Source of the DNA: Heteronotia binoei
Taxonomy: Eukaryota
Reading direction: 5' to 3'
Length of the DNA: 64,000 nucleotides
Assembly (NCBI RefSeq): GCF_032191835.1
Contig: NC_083227.1
Coordinates: 60,140,001 to 60,204,000, forward strand
In this document: one piece after another, positions 33,561 through 47,274 of the stretch
Layout: each line of letters begins with the position of its first letter
Numbering within the stretch: position 1 is the stretch's first letter
Program-made: the position numbers and the translations under genes
Notes under the pieces: model-generated
What the model saw: the letters and a program-made list of their open reading frames with translations, nothing else
Database searches by the model: none
Told to the model about the DNA's origin: nothing

Positions 33561-36049
33561 CAGAATCTTAGGTAGGATCAGGGTTTTTTTTGACCAGGAA
33601 TGCAGTTCTGGCTGGCTTGGTGTCAGCGGTGTGGCTTAATATGCAAATGAGTTCCTGCTGGGCTTTTTCTACAAAAAAGCCCTGGGTAGGATAAATATTT
33701 ATGAATTCCATCTCAAGAGACTGCTGACCTTGAAAGAAAGTCAATTTGATCCTGAACAATTACCTGTAGTTCTAAGATTCAGGAACAGGTGAGAAGGAGT
33801 TGCTCACACTGATCTTAAAAGATACAATGCAGGGAGTTATCCGTTTTTACTCTCACAACTTTGGGGTTGTACTTGCTGACCACCACCTCCTTTTTAACCT
33901 CTCTCCCATTCCAGGGTAGCTGTTGGGGCCCCTAAACATGACCCTGGATGTGTCGAATGTCAATCACTTTGGACTTCTAGGACTTCTTTAAGATGAAAAA
34001 TCTTTCAATGTGTGTTTAACAGTCTCTCCCTAATATTGCAAAGTTTGAGTACTCTGCTTTGTTCCCAAGATATGGCTATTTGGCTCTTTTAAAAGCTGCA
34101 TACATAAAGTATTGTTCCCCGTAACATACCATTCCAGTATGTGAGACTGATACGTTATCTGTTTTCGATTACTGATATCATGTTTATATAGGAAAGCATC
34201 CAAAAGGTTCCAGAAATCATGAGGGTTTTTTTTTAAAGGAACCACAAAAATTAATCCCAGACGTTACTGGCCTGAATGTATTTATTTGAAGTAATGACTG
34301 AGGCTTTATGTGAACAGATGGGCCATCCCTGGGAGAACAATTGGTTCCCCCCTCTTTTTAGTCTATGATGTATTTTATGATTGGAGCAAGTCAGTCAATG
34401 CCATGTGTTCCTTTCTAATCTGTAAGTGCTTTTTGCTTGCTTCATTCTTGGCAGCTGGAATATTTACTGAAAAGATCAGACGTGGACAGACGATGGCTGA
34501 GTTCCAGCCTCTTGGAGAGCTCATTGCTTGAATGTTGGTTACAGATAAAGAAATATGGTTCACTGGGCCTAACTACCAATCCTCCCCATCCTGCCCTTCT
34601 CTGGTCATATTTCTGTTAATATATGTGTGTACGTGTTTAAATGCTCTCTGTAATACCCTTCATAAATATTATATAGATGAGCTACTAGAGGAAGTACAAT
34701 AGGTGTCAATTTGATTGCCCAGATTTTCTCTCCCTTTTTTATAAGCCTGATTTATTATAAATCCTTCATACCCATTAACCTATGAACTACGTAGATGATA
34801 TCTCTTTGGAACTAAATTGTCTCTATTCCCAGACATTTATTTGCTCAATCAGGGCTCCATCTGAAAGTAAAAATAATGGTCCATTAGTGCACAGTTCTCA
34901 GAGACTATATGTGAAAATGGTAAAAGGCTTTTCAAGATGTACTGTTCCAAATGGAAAGCCACTACATATGTACTTTGGGGAGGAAATAATAGCATCCAGA
35001 TGATCAGGTGGCTATTGAAGCAGTGGCTGAACACAGACTATATAGCTGTGCAGGGACTTGGACTGAGGTACTGTAGAGATTTCATGTTCTCTGGAGTTCA
35101 TGACTTTGTTTTTTCAAGCAGCTGGGTTTTTTTGGGTCAAACCTGGCTTGCAGTTCCACAGTGGAAGAGCTTGTGCCCTGCATAAAGGAAATCCAAAGTT
35201 CAGTCCCTGCTTTCTCTGCTGAAGGGGTCTCTGCTGAAGGTACTGAGAAAGATCCCTTCCTATCAAGACTATGGAAAGCTACCAGCAGCCAGGACAGACC
35301 AAACCAAGCTAGATGAACCAGTGACTTGATTCAGTTTAAGGCAGCTTCATGTAAACTTTCTATGAGGCTGATCTTGCTACTATCCTGCCATTATCTGAAC
35401 TTTGGGACAACCCCCTGGGATCACTCATACCAGACCATTTCAGGGCTCATATTTATGTCAATGCATTTCAGTGCTAGCTATGACTTTTAAATGGTTTGTG
35501 AGTGGGCTACTTGAAGGACCATCTCCACTGATCTAGAAATGATCAGGTCAGATCCTGCCTCGTATTCCACCATCATTGGAGGTTCAGTGGGTGCCAACCT
35601 AGGAAAGGGCCTTTTAAGTGGTGGCACTGAAATATGGAGTGCCTTTGCATGTGGACACATGGCTGGCACTTTCCCTCTTGGTTTTGAGGAGGTTAGCAAA
35701 AATGTTTCTCCCCCACCAAGCATTTGAGGTAGCATAAAGGGGTAGCCTAAAGTTGGGGAAACTGAGGATTTATCCGGATTTTAGTGCTAGTTTCTGTTCT
35801 ATTGTTACCTTGTTTTGCATTGCTATGGCACTATTGTCTTGTATATACTATAGCTTGCATTTATGTGATTGTAAATCATAGGGGCCACAGTGATTATTTG
35901 AAGTTATTGTGTATTGTATGTTTTAAATCTGGAGTTATAGGCAGCCTTGATTCATGGAGAAAAGCAGGGTATAAATATTATAATAAAAGGGGGGACATGC
36001 TGAACATTGGGTGAAAAAATTGAATTTTAAAAATTTGAATAAACAAATA

Positions 36050-36620
36050 AGCACCTGCGATTGTATGTGAAATGTCAGTATGTAAACAACACAAATACAA
36101 AAGAACAGGAAGGTATAATAAAAAAGTGAATAGTAACCACAAACAAAACACAGCCTGAACCCACAATAAGAAAAAATGTGATAAGCATATAATTATAAAC
36201 AATGTACAATGTTCAATATGCCAAAAACATATAAACAAAAATTATAACAATGTTCAATATGCCATAAGAGTGACTGACAGTAAAAGTGTATGATACATCA
36301 AAACAGCCTACAAAAGAAATAAAGCACAGACAAATAAGACAGATTGCCAGCTAAACTCCATTTTGAGCGAATCTTTGTCAGAATATTCCTGTATCGTCCT
36401 GTTTGTTCAGATCATTTGTATTTTAAAGTCAGCCACCAATTTTAAACAAGTGATCTCTTGCCCTTGTTGTGTGGAATGCAAAATAGCACCAGCTGTTACA
36501 TCCCTATTTTTGTTAAAGTTTCCTGTACTTTTGTTTTTACATCCTTTGTGAGTGTTCCTTTTTTGTTCCTCTGGTATATAAAGAATCTAATAGCATCTAG
36601 AGGTAAAAAGAAAACTCGTG
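36050..36620 (-). mobile_element. L1-clade 3' end (ORF2 terminus plus T-rich UTR)
   Basis: The minus strand reads ...KIRSKWSLAGNLSYL* followed by a long T-rich UTR. Confidence 0.4.
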
Positions 36621-37049
36621 CTCTAAGAGTAAAGCTGAATAGAATGGTTCAGTAAGGCCATTTTCTCGCAGGTTATCAGCCTGGGTTCAGTTCTTTTGAA
36701 AATTCTCCCCCCCCCCCGCCCCATTCTCCCACAGCAGTATGGGGCATTCATGTACCTCTTGGGGTTTCTCCAACTTTTCCTCTGATCTTTCTTAAACCTG
36801 CTTGCTCCAAAGTTTTGGGAAAGATTGCGCTAAAGCCTGGATGGCTACTGGATGGCAGCCATCTTCCCTGACCCTGTCCCTGCAGCAGCCATTTCTTAAC
36901 ACCACCACCAGGGTGAGACTTTTTATTTTTTATTTTTGAAAAATGGCACTACAATATAATATTAATATATCATTGCAACAATATACGCAACACATTCTCT
37001 GAATTCTCAGCTTTCATTTTTAAAAGGTAAGTCTCTAGCTCCTTCCCTT

Positions 37050-37216
37050 GCAGAGGTTGTCCTTGAAAGAGCAGCTGCTGTGAGAGCCCTCTCAGCCCCA
37101 TCCACCTCACAGGGGGTCTGTTGTGGGGGAGGAAGGTAAAGGAGATTGTGAGCCGCTCTGAGACTCTTCGGAGTGGAGGGCGGGATATAAATCCAATATC
37201 ATCTTCTTCTTCTTCA
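37050..37216 (+). mobile_element. Squam3-like SINE, 5'-truncated
   Basis: gttgtccttgaaag...ctctcagcccc...cacctcacaggg...gagggcgggatataaatcc followed by (TTC)n. Confidence 0.85.
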
Positions 37217-39427
37217 CTTCAAAGGGATTCAGTGAAGCGGCTGGAAAGTAAGCAGGGAGTGGCTCATCTTTGGAATCATCAGATCATAATTACTCCAGCC
37301 AGTGCAAAGCTGTACTGAGCACAGAGGTTTGAGGGAAAGCCAGCAGTATTGGCAGGCTAGCCACGGACCCATTTGCCAATGGGGCTAAGGAGTAGGATTG
37401 CTAGATCTGAATCGAGAAATGTTGGGGTGGATCCTGGTCTGGGTAGCGTTTGGGGAGGGGAGGGACATCAGTAGGGTATAATGCCATTGAGTCCATCCTC
37501 CAAAGTAACCGTTTTCTCCAGAGGGTTCCTTTAAGCAGTGGAAGGCTAGTTCAAGTGAGGTAAATACAAAGGAGCACAGGTTTTAGCAAATAAAAGTTGA
37601 TAATTAGATAGGCAAAAAAGGAATCACTGAAAAGGCCCAGCAGTCAGGAGAATCTGGGTCTATCATGGAAAATAGAAGGCATGGGAATGACCCATCCACA
37701 GGGGAACTTTTAAAAAGTGAGCCGGGAGGAAGCCAAAGAGGAAGGGCAAGGAGTTGACCATGGAGTGTGTAGATGGATCGAGCCATGGCAGGGTAGAGGG
37801 AGTTTGGTGGAGAAGAACCTTTCCCCCCTTGCTGTACTTAAGCTTTCCCTAAAGGAGAAAAGGAGCCTTGGATGGCACAGCACTCCCAGACTCCACCCCA
37901 CAGCCTTCAGAGTGAGACTATGGGATATCATAGAACTTTTCACTCCTATTGTTGTACTGGTATATCAATATAATGATATTTCAGTGCTAATTTTTTAAAA
38001 ATGCAAAAGGCCTTGTGGCCCAGGGGCACACCACACACAAGCCCCTCCCCAAGTGGAAACTATCTTAAAGGGGTTCCTGACAAAACCTGGCATCATGAAT
38101 ACAAGGACCAAAGATTTAGACAGACCTACCTGCAACACAAAGGGAAATCTGATTGTTTTTCATTGAGGAAAATGTGTAGTTGAAAATGTGACCTGCTTAG
38201 AAACATGTTCCCGGGGGCACAAAGCACATGTTCATCCCTACAAAGTAACAGAAACTTTAACAAAAGAGAACAGAGGCAAACTCTCTCTACCTTGGGAAAG
38301 TGCTTTACTAACTAACTACAGGTGTAGGTCTCATGAGCAAGCTTACAAGTTATGTTTTAAAAACTACAGATGGAGAGATGACTTCCATTCATCAGATATT
38401 TTCTTTAAAATGCAGTCAGACACCTGTCCCGTATTACATTTCTTTTTAATTTTTTTTTAAAACAAGCATCCTCTGAGACATTCAAGTAGGTGAGCCTGGT
38501 TCCCTCCAACATATGGAGGACACATTAATAAGGAGACATGTGACAGGTTGATAAGTATGCTAAAAGGTGCTTTGCGTTCAAATAACGAATGGCGCATGTA
38601 GCATATTAATGGATTCGCAAGCCGCTGCAGCTCTTTCTCCAAGAGACAGTGGCAACAAGAATGGATATCTCCAGTGTTCTGATGCGTAGGATTGGAGGAG
38701 ATGTGGGAAAACCTTGGTTAATTTGTGGGGAGGCTTTTTTTGGATGCAGAAGTGGGCTCAGCAGGCGCCCCTCAAACAGCAGACTTCAAAGTCTGCTGGG
38801 GGATCCCTCTTTTAATTGTGACAGGCAGGCAGATCAACACACTTGTTTACTCTGGCTTTCAGCCCATTAGCCGAACCAGCCAGCCTTGAAGAAGCTGGGC
38901 AATTGTCTGTTCAAGCTTCTCTTATCAAAGTTTGGGGGAGGGGGGCAGAAGAGGGCTGAGATTATATTTTGGCAAACAGAGGGATTTCAGATGAGGTTCT
39001 GCTATTTTAAGCAGGGCAGAAAAAAAATACAATTTAAACGTCCTATGGGCTCTCAAGTTGGATAATGAGATTTTTTTTATCCGCTGGGTAATTCAGTTTG
39101 CTTTCTGCTCCATTAATATCTATTTAAAGCTCAAGAGCAGCTAGTAAGCGCAACATGGAGAGAGAACATCTTTGAAACAAATAATGGTGCCCACCAGGGT
39201 GAGTCCAGAACATGAAGCCAGCTAGCTAGTTGAGAAAAAGAAAAGGAGGGGGGAAACCCCTATTCTAACCAAACAATCTCTTGTAAGGGAATTTTCATGC
39301 CAGCCAGTTTTCACATGATACGTTCAAGTATATCGCTTATATAAACTGCAATACTTTTGGAGGAAGCCCCATTGAATAAAGGAGGGCTTACTTCCACCCA
39401 GACCTGTTTTGGGTTACTCCTATTTTG

Positions 39428-39600
39428 GTAGAAAGTGCCATCAAGTCACAGCCAATTTAAGGGCAAGAGATGTTCAGAGGTGGTTTGCCACTGCTTGCAT
39501 CTGCATAGCAACCTTGATCTTCTTTGTTAGTTTCCCATCCAAGTACTAACCAGAGCTGACCCTGCTTAGCTTCCGAGAGCTGACAAGAGTAGGCTTGCCT
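39428..39600 (-). mobile_element. 5S-Sauria SINE
   Basis: cccatccaagtactaaccagagctgaccctgcttagcttccgaga is the reverse complement of a 5S rRNA internal region, joined to a Sauria-type tail. Confidence 0.8.
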
Positions 39601-40201
39601 GTTCCAAATGCCATCATTTCTCCCCATTGCGCTCACTGTTCTCAACTCTAAATAAGGCCTCATAAAATGATACTAACTTTGTCCAGGTATCCCTTCATGC
39701 GAAGAAAGGTTTTGCAGCTCTCATCTATTGGAATTGATAATGTTTCCTAAAGTCTCCTTAGCCAAATTTCTCTCTGGAATTTGGACTTCTGAATTATCTG
39801 GCCATGTTTTCCAATGTAAATTTTGAAATGTTGCTTGCATGCTAACTTCCATCAGCTAAAACCCACAGTTGTTTCAGGCAGCTTTATCAAACAATAACCA
39901 GAAATGTATTTAAATTCAAGAAATATTTTATGAATTAGAGGATGTGAAATGATCAGTTAATTTAACTTTAAAAAAACCCAAACAATTAAACTCAGTGGGC
40001 ATTAACATGGGAATCTTGGTCCTGCTCTTCATTCACTGAATTGAGGAAGAAGGCAGGTATAACAGAAGGTTTGGGATGGAGGAAGAAAACTGGGAAGGAA
40101 AATGAAAATCTGGACTCACCTGTTTCATTATACCACTGTCACTTACCCCAGAGCTCATGCTGAGGGACCTCCTCTCTGCTACAGATCTATTCAGATCCAA
40201 G

Positions 40202-40678
40202 TAGGGTTGCCAAGTCCAATTCAAGAAATATCTGGGGACTTCGGGGGTGGAAACAGGAGACATTGGGGGTGGAGCCAGGAGCAAGGGTGTGACAAACATA
40301 ATTGAACTCCAAGGGAGTTCTGGCCATCACTTTTAAAACTTCCATAGGAAATAATGAAGGATGGGGCACCTTCTTTTGGGGCTCATATAGTTGGGCTCCC
40401 GATCCACTCTTTTTGAAACTTTGGGGGTATTTTGGGGAGAGGCACTGAATACTATACTGAAAATTTGGTGCCTCTACCTCAAAAAACAGCCCCTCCAGCG
40501 CCCCAGATACCCACGGATCAATTCTCCATTATTTCCTATGGGAATAAGTCTCCATAGGGAATAATGAAGTGCCGAGCAGCCATTTCCCTCCTCCACCACC
40601 GTTTCCGATGACCCTGAAGTGGGGAGAGGGCCTCCAAACCAGGGGTCCTCTGCCCCCACCTGGGGATTGGCAACCCTA
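40202..40678. mobile_element. hAT-type non-autonomous element (TAGGGTTGCCA family)
   Basis: TIRs tagggttgccaa...ttggcaacccta. Same family as 60829-61348, which has an 8-bp TSD. Confidence 0.8.
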
Positions 40679-41169
40679 ACACACACTTACTTGCTCTGAG
40701 ATGAAAGCAAATCAAACAGAAGAACTCTGCTTTGATGAAGCCAACTGCTTCTGACCCTTCCCAATGAAGTACTTCCTGCTCTTATTTAAAGGCATATGCA
40801 CACATTTTAAAATGGAACCTATTTTCAAGTTTCTAAAGCTGCAGGAGATCTACAGGTAGGTGGTGGCTGTGGGGGTGGGCTTCCCCCCCAACCAGCTGGC
40901 TGGGGGCAGGGGAAGCCTGTAAAACCGGGGGATCCCCTGCTGGGACCTGGGGATTGGGAAGCCTATGTCCAAGGCAAAGAGGAAGAGAAAATATCCTGCC
41001 TGGATCAGTCTTTCCCCAGACTTCACACCTGGGTTCCCACCCCCTCATACTGCCCTCTATAAATTGGTTTTAGAAGAAGATGTTTTAACTGTTATTGTAA
41101 GTCACCTTGAAGCAAAGAGGAAAGTCAGGATATAAAGGTTTTAATACATAAATAAGTAGTGGGCATGAG

Positions 41170-41340
41170 GAATAGCCCAGTCTTGGAAGCTAAAGAAGGT
41201 TGGCTACAGATGGGAGACCACCAAATAAGACTGGGGTTGCTGTGCAGAGGAGGACAATGCAGACCACCTCTGCTCATCTCCTGGCTTGGAAACCCCATTG
41301 CCTGGGGGTTGCCATGAGTCAGTTGTGATTTGACAGCACA
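41170..41340 (+). mobile_element. 5S-Sauria SINE, degenerate
   Basis: ggaagctaa...gatgggagaccacc...gttgccatgagtcagttgtgatttgacagcac. Confidence 0.6.
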
Positions 41341-42689
41341 CCATGACCACCACCACCACCAATGTCATTGTTGTCATGGTAGAATATGAATCAGACCATA
41401 GCCTTTTTTAAGAAAAACAATTGATATTGCAGTCTGCTCTGATCATACTTTAAACCAGGTGATTATGTCTTTATACACACTGCACATTCTCAAATGCACC
41501 ATAAGAAGAAAGTAATACAATGATTGTGAATGGCATGAAGTGCATTCCAATGCATACCCCACGTGCCCATTCTTCCTGATCCAGCATGCGAAACATGCCT
41601 AGAAACCCGCTTATACAATATTCCATTTTGATAGATTGGGCTGCTACAAGGGGCAGCTACAGTCGCCAACTCTATGTTGATAGAGTTGCTAAACCCAACA
41701 TCATGGCACATAAATGTAGCACTCGCTCAGACATGTTTCTTATATAAAGATTTTCATAATATCATCCCAGAATCAAGTAATAAAGCTCACAAATTAATAT
41801 TCCAGATAATAAATCAAAGAGATGAAGGCTGGATGCATATATAAGCTAAAAGTGCCAAAGCACATGCTATCCCAGATGAAATTTATCTGCATACCACAAA
41901 AGAATTGACTTGATATTATAAGTGTCCTCCAGAAGTAGATGTTGAGAAACAATCCTAATATACAGAGCCAGTTCCTTAGGAAAGTATGCTGGCATTTCTT
42001 ATGGTGGTTTTACAGATCTACAGTGCAATCCTAAACACAGTTTCACTATTCTAAATCAATAGAAGTCAATGGACCTAGAAGCATGTACCTCTGTTTAGGA
42101 TTGTTCTGCACAAGAACAATCCTAAATGGATAATGAAAGGAACAAAGTTCTCTTGTGCCACTTTTCCTTCATGTATCCTGTTACAGTTATAATTAATTGT
42201 TACTATCACAGTAATTGTCCAGAAGTAAATGGTACATCTGCAATACATCCCAAGTGAGAGGGCCTTATTTAATTTACATATTTTGGCATATGTGATTAAT
42301 ACAATTTGCACATTATTTTAATGAGCAGAGTTAATGCCCTTATTACAATTGTACTTAAAAGTATTACCTTCTCATGCTTACCCCGAGCAAATATGTTTCA
42401 CCAACAGAAATGAAGACAGAGGGTGTATTACTCCTATGGTAGACTACCACCGAGCAAATAAACTTCAGGAAAGAGCTGGGACTACTTTAAAGTTAAACCA
42501 CTACAGCTGGAAGTTTGGAGACTTTGGGTTCCTTTCTCCAAAAGAAGGAGAGGTACTTGGGCCTGATAAATGGATAACTAGACTATTTAAGGCCAGTAGC
42601 CTTTTGCATTAGGCATAGCTGACGCTGAAACTCAGTGTGGTGTAGTGGTTATAGTACTGGTGCCGAAATGCCTGGGTTCAAATCTCCTA

Positions 42690-43133
42690 CATGGTGGGTT
42701 TTCCATTGCCTTATTCCCCGGAATTCTTATTATTGGATTTTTGGGCTGATTCACTGATAGATAAAACCATCAAAACTTTTGTCTCAAAATTGGTTGCTTC
42801 TGCTCACTTGGTTATCGCCAGGAATTGGAAGTCCCCCACAATTTTACTTAGACAATGGTACCAGAAACTCTGGGAATAATTTTTGATGGGCAGGATTATG
42901 CATAATCCTTTTTGGGGGGACTCTCTTGTGGTAGTTCCCTTGTCAGAGTATGATGAAACATGGAAACCAGTTTTAGAGTTTTGGGGCAAAAAGGATATAA
43001 TTCCCTCGATGCAACTAATGCAAGATGGTTGGTAACTGTGAATTTAGCAGTTGTGCTGATGGTATTCATGGCTACTATGTTATATAGTATGGTTGTAGGT
43101 TTTTCTATTGAAATAAAATAAAAGAAAAAAAAA
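42690..43133 (+). mobile_element. L1-clade 3' fragment with poly(A), inserted in a MIR-like SINE
   Basis: ORF 42691-42879 contains SAHLVIARNWKSPT..LRQWYQKLW, an L1 ORF2 C-terminal motif. An A-rich tail follows. SINE halves lie at about 42630-42690 and 43134-43230. Confidence 0.72.
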
Positions 43134-43899
43134 TCCCCACTATACCATGGAAACTAGACGGATGACCTTGAGCCAGTCACACACTCTAAGCCAGACCTAC
43201 TCAACAGGGTCATTGTGTGAATAGAATGGGTTGTGTGAGAAAAGGAAGGATAAAAATGTAGTCAATTAATGACTGCATTGGCTGGCACAATGTCCTACTC
43301 TGAGAGGCAATCCTAAGCATTTTGTCAGCACATCTGTCTACTTTTCTCCTTGTGATGACAATTGTGACTGGAAATTAGTCCAATTTGTTGCCATCACCTC
43401 CTCTTTCTGCTGAATAATTTCAATTGTTCTTGCCATTACTCTCTTGCTTTCTAACAAAGGTTATGACTAGCTGATTTCTCACATTTATCTCAATTCTGTT
43501 ATTTTGACACATTTGAAGCTAAGCTGAAATTTTGTGTTCATTAGTCATGAAATGTCTCCTCCTCCTTTTCTTCTTATGTTTCTTTCCTTTGTCTTTGTAA
43601 AATCCCCATCTCAGTGAAGTAGTTAGATATCTTCCCTCTTTTCCCAGGACTTTGGACCTTCCCCATATTCCCCTTCAGCCAATCCTTGGCCCATTATGCA
43701 CTGACAGCTTACTCCAGAGAATCTGAGCATTCAAGCCTTTAAGCTTGATTTTGCATTCAATGTTATTTTATACAAACTATTCTTTTTCCTCCAGAGTGAA
43801 TATTCTGTGCATTTATTCTGTACCTACAACAAAAAACAGCAGTTTTTCTTAATTGGGATGTAAAACATCACTTGTGATGTCGGAGGGGTGGCATCCAAA

Positions 43900-44239
43900 C
43901 AGGGCCAGCACTAGGGTTTCTGGCACCCTAGTCCCTTGCCCCTGCAACAGTGAGGGTGAATGTGGTGGTGGCAGGCAGCTCAGCACTGAGTGCCTTAAAG
44001 CATACCTACCACCCTGCCACCAGCGGTGCCCCTTTCCTGCTGCCACTGCTCACCCGCCTGCAGGTAGGCAGCAAGGTGAAGGAGGGTGGTGGAGAAGTGG
44101 GCAGCAAGAGTTAGTGTGGAGGTGGGAAAGGGGCACTGGGGTAGCAGTGTGTGCATGGGGAGGGGCACCTACTGGTGGCCACCCCTGATGGCAGGTAGTG
44201 CCCTAGGCAGCCCCCTACCTGGCCTATGCACTGGCCCAG
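43900..44239. mobile_element. hAT MITE
   Basis: cagggccagc...ctggcccag, with a perfect 8-bp TSD CATCCAAA at 43892-43899 and 44240-44247. Confidence 0.85.
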
Positions 44240-44438
44240 CATCCAAAGGGTTTTTTTTTAAAAAAAACAACACTGTTTTAATGCTAGGCTTCCAGAGTTA
44301 GCCAAAATGGTCTCCCCCACCCCATTTGTCCACTAAAGCAGAAACAGAAAAATTTCAAAGCTTTCCCATGCTAGGGTCTTTCTTTACATGCCTTACATGT
44401 CTTTACATGCAATTTCATTCCATGCTGACGATGCCTCC

Positions 44439-45589
44439 TGTGACGGAAAGCAATGGGTTAACCATAATCTGAAGACTCACAGGGCTGCGTCAGGTGACCT
44501 GAGGGTGGGGGCAAAGTGCTGAGAGCTCTCAGGGAGGGAAAGTAGTTGAGTGAGAGAAACTGCTGAGGCAGGAGTTCAGTCAGTTGATGTCTGACAGAGT
44601 GGAGGCCTGTCAGAGAAGTCTGTCAGTGGGGACCTGACAGAGACTGAGGGGGTCAGTTCGGGCCTGGTAGAGGCTGAGAGGACAGCTGATCCTGTGAAGA
44701 AGCTGGAGACGGGGAAGTCTTCCAGAGACTGCCAGCTTGACCAAACCAGCCAAGAGGGCTGTGTGTGTGTGAGTCAGTTAAAACCGGAATGGTCACAGAC
44801 ACCAGGAAACTACTCTAAAGATCTAGTGAGGAGGTTGAGGGAGTGGATGTGGGTCTGAGACACCAAGAAGGGCTGAGAGGAGAGACTCCAGTCGAGGGGT
44901 GAGACTAGACACATCAATCCCAAGAGGCCAGACCTTGGCTAGAGGTGGAGAGTGAGTTAACGGGAAACTGTGAACTGTGTAACTGTGAAGGACTCAAGAA
45001 AGTAAAAGTGAATGTAAAGCCTGAAACAACAGAACAAAGTATAAGCCTGTGTAAATATCTCCCATATCCCCAGTTTAAGACTTTTTGTTACAATAAATCT
45101 GTGGTTTAAGTTAAAGTTCTCGTGAGCCTATATTGTGTGGGAAGAATAAACAAAGCTGCTGTGGTCCCATCAAATAAACAAGTAAAAATACCCCGAAGAG
45201 ACTAAAATATAGAGATCCAGTGAGGCCGTGAGGCGGGCGCTGCTATAATACACACACACAGCCCTCTTGGCTGGTTTGGTCAAGCTGGCAGTCTCTGGAA
45301 GACTTCCCCGTCTCCATCTCCAGCTTCTTCACAGGATCAGCTGTCCTCTCAGCCTCTACCAGGCCCGAACTGACCCCCTCAGTCTCTGTCAGGTCCCCAC
45401 TGACAGACTTCTCTGACAGGCCTCCACTCTGTCAGACATCAACTGACTGAACTCCTGCCTCAGCAGTTTCTCTCCTTCAACTACTTTTCCCTCCCTGAGA
45501 GCTCTCAGCACTTTGCCCCCCACCCTCAGGTCACCTGACGCAGCCCTGTGCGTCTTCAGATTATGGTTAACCCATTGCTTTCCGTCACA
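44439..45589. mobile_element. Non-coding element with ~335-bp terminal inverted repeats, TG...CA ends and a 5-bp TSD (unclassified)
   Basis: Arms at 44439-44770 and 45250-45589 differ by 3 substitutions and 3 indels. The ends are TGTGACGG...CCGTCACA. TSD CCTCC lies at 44434-44438 and 45590-45594. Confidence 0.9.
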
Positions 45590-47274
45590 CCTCCATTTAT
45601 TTTGTTGGTCTTTCCCCATCCTGCCACTCACTCCTCTGTGCCGCCTGCCACTGCCCCCCCCCCCCGTGTTCTAGTGAGGCAGTGACAGGAGGAATGTCAG
45701 GGCCCGGTGGAAGCCTGCTTTGGGTGCCCAGAAGTGGGGGAGAGCCAAGCAGGCAGTGGTGATGGCCAATGAGAGAGCAGCTGCCAAGTTTCCCAAGCAA
45801 AAACTGTCCTTTCCCCTCAACCCCTTTCTTCGGATGACAGTATGGGCATGACGCAGAACCCTTAGAAGCTGTCTCTTCCCAGATGGGAGGGAAAGGAGCA
45901 GGAAAGAGCTCTAAGCTTCCCATCTCAGCAAATGTCTCTCTTTATATTTCTTGCAAATTCCATTCTGCACTTATGATACCCCCCACCTTTATTTGGTTTG
46001 CATCCTGAATGATGGACAAAGTAAGCTATAGTGAAGCTTGTTCACTGATGATAGGGGAGAACCACTAACGTTCTGCTAAAATGGCTACTTGAGAGAAAAT
46101 ATGCATGGAAGAATCTCCTATTTCAATAAACAAGCCCAGCGCAAAACTGACCAATAAGAAGTGAGAGGAAGGACCTCAATGGGAGCAGAGGAGTGGCTTC
46201 TGAGGGGTGGGGAAAGGGGCACTGGGGAAATCCAAGGGAATATGTATGCTTTTGAATTACTTTCATCTTGGAAGTGAGGCAAGGGGAAAGACTGCCATAA
46301 ATCCACTCCCAAACAACACAGGCAAATAGCGAACAGAAAGTGAACTGAGCACTGAAGGGAGGAAAAACAATGCAGAACTGAACCCCTCCCACAGACGGAC
46401 ATGCACTGTAAGAGCGATGGGAATGCAGAATGACAAAGAAAACCCAATGGACATGCACAGTGAAAGTGAGGGAAAACACCAGTGCATAACAAACCCTTGT
46501 TAACGCATCTTCCTTCCTTCTTTAGCACAGGAGTGAGAGATGACAGGACAGTTTTTCTTCATAACACTTAGGTTATTGGAATTTTCATTTCAGTCAAATT
46601 GGAGAGTCAGTTATATTCACACTGATTTGTGTCTATACACACCTCTATAACCAGTGACAGTAGGCAACAGGCCTTGCTTGGGAATACGTTTTTTCTGATT
46701 GACCAGTTTGCTGCTTTATCAGTCTGAAGACTTTCCTAGCAAGCTGATCAGCTGCAAAGGAAACTAATCCTCAATCCCTTCAGAATATGGTTGAGAAATG
46801 AGTAAATATTTAAACAGATCATACCCTCCCCCTGAGGTAGAGCCTGAATTATTCTCCTAGGTTATGGTATAATTTCTGTTGATGCATGGCCTTGGGGCAG
46901 AACTAGATACAGTGCACAAGGAGGATCTACTGCCATTATCAACAACCCCAGAGTAAGTTTGCATGTAGTTGGAGGTGGTCTTTCTCTTAGATAAGACTGA
47001 TTATTTATCCTTGCTGAGGGAAGACTCTTGGATACAACTGACTGAATCTAACTGATTGAATTGAATTGGGAAGACAAATTGAGGACCTGAGGTCATCAGG
47101 GATGGAAGCTGCATAAATGTTGATTTTGAGCTGTTTGTATTAATTGGATTTCATGAGCAATTATGACAGAGCAGATAGAGTATGCTCTCCTCTTATTTAG
47201 ATTTGTCATATTCCTGAATATTTAAAATATTTAACAATCCCACAACATAGAAGAGCATTTATGTTAGCTAGATG

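Noticed and set aside
44439-45589. DIRS-type retroelement as an explanation for the long inverted repeats
   Set aside because: DIRS elements integrate by tyrosine recombinase without TSDs, whereas this element has a perfect 5-bp TSD and TG...CA ends.
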